Source: an uncultured bacterium
GTDB lineage: Bacteria > Oederibacteriota > Oederibacteriia > Oederibacteriales > Oederibacteriaceae
Assembly: GCA_965112635.1 (NCBI GenBank)
Contig: OZ218778.1
Span: forward strand, 2,592,001-2,656,000
Length of the DNA stretch: 64,000 bases
Direction: 5' to 3'
In this document: one piece after another, positions 59,901 to 64,000 of the stretch
Layout of the letters: each line of letters begins with the position of its first letter
How positions within the stretch are numbered: the first letter of the stretch is position 1
Notes under the pieces: model-generated
What the model saw: the letters and a program-made list of their open reading frames with translations, nothing else
The model's database searches: none
Told to the model about the DNA's origin: nothing
Position numbers and translations under genes: made by a program

Positions 59901-62900
59901 GTCGATGTCGCCGTATTTGTATTGGTCGCCGTACTTGTGGCGCTCTGAGTGTTCGTAGCCGTGGCCGTGGCTGTCAACGTGATCGTATTGGTAGACGTAG
60001 ATGTGGCTGTATTGCTGTTCGTAGCCGTGGCTGTAGCCGTAGCTGTGCTCGTGGACGTGAATATAGACGTCGACGTCGCTGTCGTCGTGTTCGTCGCCGT
60101 AGCCGTCGCCGTGTTCGTCGGGCTCTGCGTGTAGGTATACGTGGATGTCGATGTCGCCGTATTTGTATTGGTCGCCGTACTTGTGGCGCTCTGAGTGTTC
60201 GTAGCCGTGGCCGTGGCTGTCAACGTGATCGTATTGGTAGACGTAGATGTGGCTGTATTGCTGTTCGTAGCCGTGGCTGTAGCCGTAGCTGTGCTCGTGG
60301 ACGTGAATATAGACGTCGACGTCGCTGTCGTCGTGTTCGTCGCCGTAGCCGTCGCCGTGTTCGTCGGGCTCTGCGTGTAGGTATACGTGGATGTCGATGT
60401 CGCCGTATTTGTATTGGTCGCCGTACTTGTGGCGCTCTGAGTGTTCGTAGCCGTGGCCGTGGCTGTCAACGTGATCGTATTGGTAGACGTAGATGTGGCT
60501 GTATTGCTGTTCGTAGCCGTGGCTGTAGCCGTAGCTGTGCTCGTGGACGTGAATATAGACGTCGACGTCGCTGTCGTCGTGTTCGTCGCCGTAGCCGTCG
60601 CCGTGTTCGTCGGGCTCTGCGTGTAGGTATACGTGGATGTCGATGTCGCCGTATTTGTATTGGTCGCCGTACTTGTGGCGCTCTGAGTGTTCGTAGCCGT
60701 GGCCGTGGCTGTCAACGTGATCGTATTGGTAGACGTAGATGTGGCTGTATTGCTGTTCGTAGCCGTGGCTGTAGCCGTAGCTGTGCTCGTGGACGTGAAT
60801 ATAGACGTCGACGTCGCTGTCGTCGTGTTCGTCGCCGTAGCCGTCGCCGTGTTCGTCGGGCTCTGCGTGTAGGTATACGTGGATGTCGATGTCGCCGTAT
60901 TTGTATTGGTCGCCGTACTTGTGGCGCTCTGAGTGTTCGTAGCCGTGGCCGTGGCTGTCAACGTGATCGTATTGGTAGACGTAGATGTGGCTGTATTGCT
61001 GTTCGTAGCCGTGGCTGTAGCCGTAGCTGTGCTCGTGGACGTGAATATAGACGTCGACGTCGCTGTCGTCGTGTTCGTCGCCGTAGCCGTCGCCGTGTTC
61101 GTCGGGCTCTGCGTGTAGGTATACGTGGATGTCGATGTCGCCGTATTTGTATTGGTCGCCGTACTTGTGGCGCTCTGAGTGTTCGTAGCCGTGGCCGTGG
61201 CTGTCAACGTGATCGTATTGGTAGACGTAGATGTGGCTGTATTGCTGTTCGTAGCCGTGGCTGTAGCCGTAGCTGTGCTCGTGGACGTGAATATAGACGT
61301 CGACGTCGCTGTCGTCGTGTTCGTCGCCGTAGCCGTCGCCGTGTTCGTCGGGCTCTGCGTGTAGGTATACGTGGATGTCGATGTCGCCGTATTTGTATTG
61401 GTCGCCGTACTTGTGGCGCTCTGAGTGTTCGTAGCCGTGGCCGTGGCTGTCAACGTGATCGTATTGGTAGACGTAGATGTGGCTGTATTGCTGTTCGTAG
61501 CCGTGGCTGTAGCCGTAGCTGTGCTCGTGGACGTGAATATAGACGTCGACGTCGCTGTCGTCGTGTTCGTCGCCGTAGCCGTCGCCGTGTTCGTCGGGCT
61601 CTGCGTGTAGGTATACGTGGATGTCGATGTCGCCGTATTTGTATTGGTCGCCGTACTTGTGGCGCTCTGAGTGTTCGTAGCCGTGGCCGTGGCTGTCAAC
61701 GTGATCGTATTGGTAGACGTAGATGTGGCTGTATTGCTGTTCGTAGCCGTGGCTGTAGCCGTAGCTGTGCTCGTGGACGTGAATATAGACGTCGACGTCG
61801 CTGTCGTCGTGTTCGTCGCCGTAGCCGTCGCCGTGTTCGTCGGGCTCTGCGTGTAGGTATACGTGGATGTCGATGTCGCCGTATTTGTATTGGTCGCCGT
61901 ACTTGTGGCGCTCTGAGTGTTCGTAGCCGTGGCCGTGGCTGTCAACGTGATCGTATTGGTAGACGTGGCTGTCGCCGTCGAAGTGGCTGTGGCTGTAATG
62001 CTCGCCGTGTTGCTGCTAGTAGCTGTGGCGGTCGCGGTAACTGTAATAGTCGCCGTGGCTGTCGCGGTAGCGGTGCTCGTATTCATGACCGTGGCCGTGG
62101 CTGTCGCGGTACTCGTATTGGTCGTTGTGCTTGTAGTAGTGGCAGAGGCAGTGCTTGTTGCAGTTCTCGTGGCCGTATTGGTCGCCGTAGCTGTGGCTGT
62201 ATTAGTGCCTGTATTCGTGGCCGTGGCCGTAGCCGTATTCGTGGAAGTGGGTGCAGCCGTGGCCGTGGAGGTCGGGGTTCTGGTAGAGGTCGCGGTATTG
62301 GTGGAGGTTGCCGTAGAAGTGGCTGTCCGGGTATTGGTAAAGGTATTCGTGCAGGTGGGAGCGCAGACGCATGAGCCTTCCCCGGTGCTGATCTGAAAAT
62401 CAGCGATGCTCTGCAGGCTGCTGCTCCAGTACCCTGGATAACCGGCTGCTATCGCCCCCAGGCAGAATAACGAACTACCACCCCAGCTTGCCGCCGTAGG
62501 GGTATAAGCTGTGGTTTGCACCAGGATGTCGTTAAAATATAGATAACAATTCGAGCCATCCCATCTTATCCTAACTTTCATAACAACCCCGTTTCCAATG
62601 TAATTATCCTCAGTTCCAGTGGGAACATAGTATGTACCACCAGCCCCGTCTATTCCGTAGCTAAACATTAAATTCCCATACAGCACGGTAAGTTGAAAAT
62701 TAAATAATGATCGAGAGCCATCATCAGAAACATCAAAGATCGTCTGTGCGGCTCCATGCGAAGTATCGTGATTGCCGAGATCTGCCACCCGGGCTTCATA
62801 ACTTTGCGAAGACTTTAGGTAAAAAGTTATATCCCCGCCGCAAGTATTAAAAATATTTCCTACTTCTGGCCCCGCCCAGCTCCACCAGGCAGAATTACTA

Positions 62901-64000
62901 TTTTGCCACCACCCATTTTGAAAATTCACGCCATCCGTTCCATTCTCAAAGGCATTGAAGTTTGCGGCACCGCTTCCCGTGATATTTTCAGTGCCTTGAT
63001 ACCCTTTGGTCGGAAATATCGGATTGCCATTTCCACTCCCACTGGGCAATTCCGCGCTCTTCCCCGCGATATACATCTGCACGCAGGAGGTATTAAAGGC
63101 CGTGGGCGTGACCGTAGGTGTGGAGGTGGTGCAATTCATGACCTGCACGTCAAAGGAAACTGTGGAAACCTGCGCGTTGCCATAACCGTTGGTCTCGTAC
63201 AGGTCAAACAGGAGATTTTTGAAAGACGCGGCGGTCCATCCTCCGGACGGCGGCTGCAGGATCACGCTATCGGTCTGCTGGGTGTTATTGAGGTCCAGGA
63301 ACCGCTGGTCCACATAGTCATCCGTGGCGCTGCCGCTGGTGCCCCATCCGAACTGGAAGACCGCGACATAATCGCTGTCCTGCCAGGTAACGTGCGCGGT
63401 GACATTGCCAAAAGAAGAATAGTTGGTGACCGGCGTGGTCACATACCACCATCCGGATTGGTTGCCTCCGACAACGGCGGTCGCGGAACCGTTGAGGATA
63501 GGCGTGGCATTGGGCTTGTTACCATTACCCGTTGACCACCATACGCCTCCCCAAGTGTTCCCAAGGAGCGTAAAGGTCGTGCAGGGTGTGGGCTCGGAAC
63601 AGGAGGTCAACAGGTTGACCGTAAACCAGACATGGTCAACCTCCATCCCGTGGGTATTGTTGGGATTGTTGATATCGTACCTCAATGCGTTTATCTGCGC
63701 CTCGGTCCATCCAGATGGCTGCGGCCGGGCCAGGGTGATATTATCTGTCTGCCAGGTATTGTCCGCGAGGGCCGCCAAAGGCTCTTCAACCGTCCCGTTC
63801 GTGGAGCCGTCCACGTTGTAGTCAAAGTAACCTCCCCAACCGGCATTGGCATCTTGCCACTTGATATGGGCGACTACATCCTGGATATTGGCCTGGGTGT
63901 AGGTCCCGCGCAAGGGAATGGTATAGTACCAGCCTGACCCGGTGCCCACCAATTGCATGAACAGTCCCCCATCCGCCTCAGCTCCATCCGTGGCGTTTGG
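47993..64000 (-). CDS. giant (>5321 aa) Thr-rich repeat surface protein; 5' end beyond the window
   Basis: Frame stays open from 63958 to 64000 (PNATDGAEADGGLF-M). N-terminal globular domains, about 4100 aa (T-x)n, ConA/DUF1349-like domain (49310-49870), carboxypeptidase-regulatory-like domain (48300-48540), FlgD-Ig/CTD-like end (IYNLSG..WNGRN..IYLVVL..KKIAVIR). Confidence 0.88.
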   Translation of the reverse strand, partial: PNATDGAEADGGLFMQLVGTGSGWYYTIPLRGTYTQANIQDVVAHIKWQDANAGWGGYFDYNVDGSTNGTVEEPLAALADNTWQTDNITLARPQPSGWTEAQINALRYDINNPNNTHGMEVDHVWFTVNLLTSCSEPTPCTTFTLLGNTWGGVWWSTGNGNKPNATPILNGSATAVVGGNQSGWWYVTTPVTNYSSFGNVTAHVTWQDSDYVAVFQFGWGTSGSATDDYVDQRFLDLNNTQQTDSVILQPPSGGWTAASFKNLLFDLYETNGYGNAQVSTVSFDVQVMNCTTSTPTVTPTAFNTSCVQMYIAGKSAELPSGSGNGNPIFPTKGYQGTENITGSGAANFNAFENGTDGVNFQNGWWQNSNSAWWSWAGPEVGNIFNTCGGDITFYLKSSQSYEARVADLGNHDTSHGAAQTIFDVSDDGSRSLFNFQLTVLYGNLMFSYGIDGAGGTYYVPTGTEDNYIGNGVVMKVRIRWDGSNCYLYFNDILVQTTAYTPTAASWGGSSLFCLGAIAAGYPGYWSSSLQSIADFQISTGEGSCVCAPTCTNTFTNTRTATSTATSTNTATSTRTPTSTATAAPTSTNTATATATNTGTNTATATATNTATRTATSTASATTTSTTTNTSTATATATVMNTSTATATATATITVTATATATSSNTASITATATSTATATSTNTITLTATATATNTQSATSTATNTNTATSTSTYTYTQSPTNTATATATNTTTATSTSIFTSTSTATATATATNSNTATSTSTNTITLTATATATNTQSATSTATNTNTATSTSTYTYTQSPTNTATATATNTTTATSTSIFTSTSTATATATATNSNTATSTSTNTITLTATATATNTQSATSTATNTNTATSTSTYTYTQSPTNTATATATNTTTATSTSIFTSTSTATATATATNSNTATSTSTNTITLTATATATNTQSATSTATNTNTATSTSTYTYTQSPTNTATATATNTTTATSTSIFTSTSTATATATATNSNTATSTSTNTITLTATATATNTQSATSTATNTNTATSTSTYTYTQSPTNTATATATNTTTATSTSIFTSTSTATATATATNSNTATSTSTNTITLTATATATNTQSATSTATNTNTATSTSTYTYTQSPTNTATATATNTTTATSTSIFTSTSTATATATATNSNTATSTSTNTITLTATATATNTQSATSTATNTNTATSTSTYTYTQSPTNTATATATNTTTATSTSIFTSTSTATATATATNSNTATSTSTNTITLTATATATNTQSATSTATNTNTATSTSTYTYTQSPTNTATATATNTTTATSTSIFTSTSTATATATATNSNTATSTSTNTITLTATATATNTQSATSTATNTNTATSTSTYTYTQSPTNTATATATNTTTATSTSIFTSTSTATATATATNSNTATSTSTNTITLTATATATNTQSATSTATNTNTATSTSTYTYTQSPTNTATATATNTTTATSTSIFTSTSTATATATATNSNTATSTSTNTITLTATATATNTQSATSTATNTNTATSTSTYTYTQSPTNTATATATNTTTATSTSIFTSTSTATATATATNSNTATSTSTNTITLTATATATNTQSATSTATNTNTATSTSTYTYTQSPTNTATATATNTTTATSTSIFTSTSTATATATATNSNTATSTSTNTITLTATATATNTQSATSTATNTNTATSTSTYTYTQSPTNTATATATNTTTATSTSIFTSTNTATATATNTNTNTSTATATNTNTSSATATSTSTQTATSTATNTTTSTATSTTTMSITSTATATATASATATATATATATNTNTASATATTTNTYTQSATNTATATATSTATATATAIFTSTNTATATATNTNTNTATSTATNTNTATATATSTSTRTATSTATATATNTTTATSTSIFTSTNTATATATNTNTNTSTATATNTNTSSATATSTSTQTATSTATNTTTSTATSTTTMSMTATATSTATNTNTATATATATATNTNTASATATTTNTYTQSATNTATATATSTATATATAIFTSTNTATATATNTNTNTATSTATNTNTATATATSTSTRTATSTATATATNTTTATSTSIFTSTNTATATATNTNTQSATNTATATATSTATATATAIFTSTNTATATATNTNTNTATATATNTNTATATATSTSTRTATSTATNTATATATATNTLSMTATATATATATASATATVTATATNTNTATSTATSTTTMSMTATATATATATASATATATATATNTNTATATATTTNTNSQTATNTATATATSTATATATAIFTSTNTATATATNTNTNTSTATATNTNTATATATSTSTRTATSTATNTATATATATNTLSMTATATATATATASATATATATATNTNTATSTATSTTTMSMTATATATATATASATATATATATNTNTATATATTTNTNSQTATNTATATATSTATATATAIFTSTNTATATATNTNTNTATVTATNTNTATATATSTSTRTATSTATATATATATATATASATATATATTTTTLSNTATATATATATNTATATATATATNTNTATATTTTTNTNTQTATSTATATATATATTTTTMSMTATATATATATASATATTTATATNTNTATATATTTNTNTQTATNTATATATATATATATATSTTTMSMTATATASATATATNTNTRTATSTATATATATATSTTTLSNTATATATATATASATATATATATNTNTATATATTTNTYTQTATNTATASATATATATATATATTTMSNTATATATATATNTATATATATATNTNTATATATTTNTNTRTATSTATATATATATSTTTMSNTATATATATATATATATATATATNTNTATATATTTNTYTQTATNTATATATATATATATSTTTTTMSNTATATATATATASATATSTATATSTATATATATSTTTMSMTATATATATATATATATATATATNTNTATATATTTNTNTRTATSTATASATATATSTTTMSNTATATATATATASATATATATATNTNTASATATTTNTNTQTATNTATATATATATATTTMSNTATATATATATASATATSTATATSTATATATATTTTTMSNTATATATATATATATATNTNTATATATTTNTNTQTATSTATATATATATSTTTMSNTATATATATATNTATATATATATNTNTATATATTTNTNTQTATNTATASATATATATATATATTTMSNTATATATATATNTATATATATATNTNTATATATTTNTNTRTATSTATATATATATSTTTMSNTATATATATATATATATATATATNTNTATATATTTNTNTQTATNTATATATATATATATSTSTTTMSNTATATATATATATATATATATATNTNTATATATTTNTNTQTATNTATATATATATATASSTSTTTMSNTATATATATATATATATATATATNTNTATATATTTNTNTQTATNTATASATATATATATSTSTTTMSNTATATATATATATATATATATATNTNTATATATTTNTNTQTATNTATASATATATATATSTSTTTMSNTATATATATATNTATATATATATNTNTATATATTTNTNTQTATNTATFTATSTATATTTMSNTATATATATATNTATATATATATNTNTATATATTTNTNTQTATNTATATATATATATATATSTATLSNTATASATATATATATATATATATNTNTATATATTTNTNTQTATNTATFTATSTATATTTMSNTATATATATATATATATATATATNTNTATATATTTNTNTQTATNTATFTATSTATATNTLSNTATATATATATATNTATATATATNTNTATATATTTNTNTQTATNTATASATATATATNTLSNTATATATTTATNTATATTTATATNTNTATATATTTNTNTQTATNTATATATATATATATATATVTASNTSTATATATATNTYTQTATATATATATATATATNTATATNTLSNTSTATATATATNTATATATATATNSNTNTSTATATNTDTQTATNTATATATATATTTATATTTMTNTATATATATATATATATTTTTATNTNTSTATTTATNTDTQTATNTTTATASATATATATLTSTNTATVTATATATATATTTATATNTNTETATATVTNTNTQTATNTATATATSTASATATTTATDTLSNTATTTATATATTTATATATATATNTNTATATGTTTNTATQTATDTTTGTATNTATQTATNTTTATSTATATNTATATVTSTGTNTETGTMTNTATATATATTTATATATATATATATNTTTATATTTATYTMSNTATATATATATTTATATTTATATSTNTATTTATTTNTDTQTATDTTTDTATNTGTQTATNTATASATATASATATTTATDTLSNTASATATATATATATATATATATNTNTATATATTTNTDTETATNTATCTATNTATATMTGTTTNTATSTGTATNTDTQTATATATATTTATTTNTETATATATPTSTPTMSLTYTSTATSTATQTATATTTATATSTDTSTATATATNTDTQTATDTTTGTATNTATVTTTATSTNTSTNTATNTSTSTETMTVTMTSTATATGTATETQTASATATSTATPSSTSTATETMTATVTATSTSTATVTETATSTATSTITNTNTETATATDTDTVTLTVTATATSTTTMTATETATITLTVTASMTGTITDTPTCALTWACTWQDQDIGNVGLTGTADNYCQQFAVTGAGGDIGGNADAFNFESQIMTGDGQIIAEVTGIAPAKVGVMMRESLDAGAPNAYMALYQGGVGGSKDVFQYRMAENAGTFQSSTPATPPYWVKLTRMGNVFTGYLSTDGSNWVMVGSPQTIAMGISLYVGLAVDSGNVNALSTGTFDNVSILGLSCGTATSTATSTATETMTATGTATATTTATTTATESPTGTATATATATGTATVTATATATATATATSTATSTATVTMSMTYTATATSTNTATVTATATKTATATSTSTNTLSMTVTATSTNTRTNTATATATRTATATSTVTATVTLINSHTNTSTATATYTATATATSSRTFTATATGTVTTTSTQSGTVTLTATITLTPTVSPTFTQTTTATETATQTATMTATTTMNPSFTVTSSTTSTGTATITQTMTVTPTPQFSVLTGLVYDAQTGQPIPGALVQLEDGSQTYADSTGHYTFGQVTPGNHTVTGSKTGYLPTSIPVFVPPLTIVTQDIPLNENPGGDQLFLDKNRLFTQGGQLNIRVFLESPSQTSLNIYNLSGDILVVNLMDGMFNGGWTYTKWNGRNNFNDEVANDIYLVVLKTSRKLIIKKIAVIRGAKQ
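58819..61966. repeat. apparently perfect 246-bp tandem array, about 12.8 copies (82-aa unit)
   Basis: Identical antisense ORFs start every 246 nt (58965, 59211 ... 61671, 61917); no differences noticed by eye between copies. Confidence 0.95.

Noticed and set aside
58819-61966. Regular array as possible CRISPR
   Set aside because: Units are identical with no unique spacers, in frame within a CDS, and no cas genes are present.
41416-62396. Long + strand poly(Val-Ala) ORFs (up to 957 aa, plus the repeated 61-aa ORFs)
   Set aside because: Antisense shadow of ACN-GCN (Thr-Ala) codon runs, which read GTN-GCN without stops; no RBS or independent domains.

Overview
Bacterial chromosomal window, probably from an uncultured diderm lineage (GT9 heptosyltransferase, OmpA domain and beta-barrels are present; the lineage is not determined). 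Apart from a 3-gene + strand corrinoid/homocysteine-methyltransferase cluster (2.6-5.7 kb), every credible gene is on the - strand. Housekeeping genes: argB (partial), xerC, a polyprenyl synthase, dgt, a Crp-family regulator, yraN, rnhB, rplS, trmD, rimM, khpA, rpsP, folC. The rest is a cell-surface locus: four GT-C-type membrane proteins (two with YYY/DUF2298, three with PMT_2/ArnT-like domains, two of those with PA14), a GT2 polyprenyl-P-sugar synthase, a DPPR-synthase-like UbiA, four membrane-anchored NHL propellers, three PorV-family barrels with different C-terminal fusions, and two giant proteins (1988 aa and >5321 aa) made of (Thr-x)n repeats with FlgD-Ig/T9SS-like C-termini, each directly followed by a PorV gene. 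The best candidate for a new system is this secretion plus lipid-linked glycosylation module for giant Thr-ladder surface proteins. Reading the sequence also showed a frameshift in a TupA-like gene, an apparent ATT start for the PorV-OmpA fusion and an apparently perfect 246-bp array of about 12.8 copies. All family calls are from motif recognition, not database searches.
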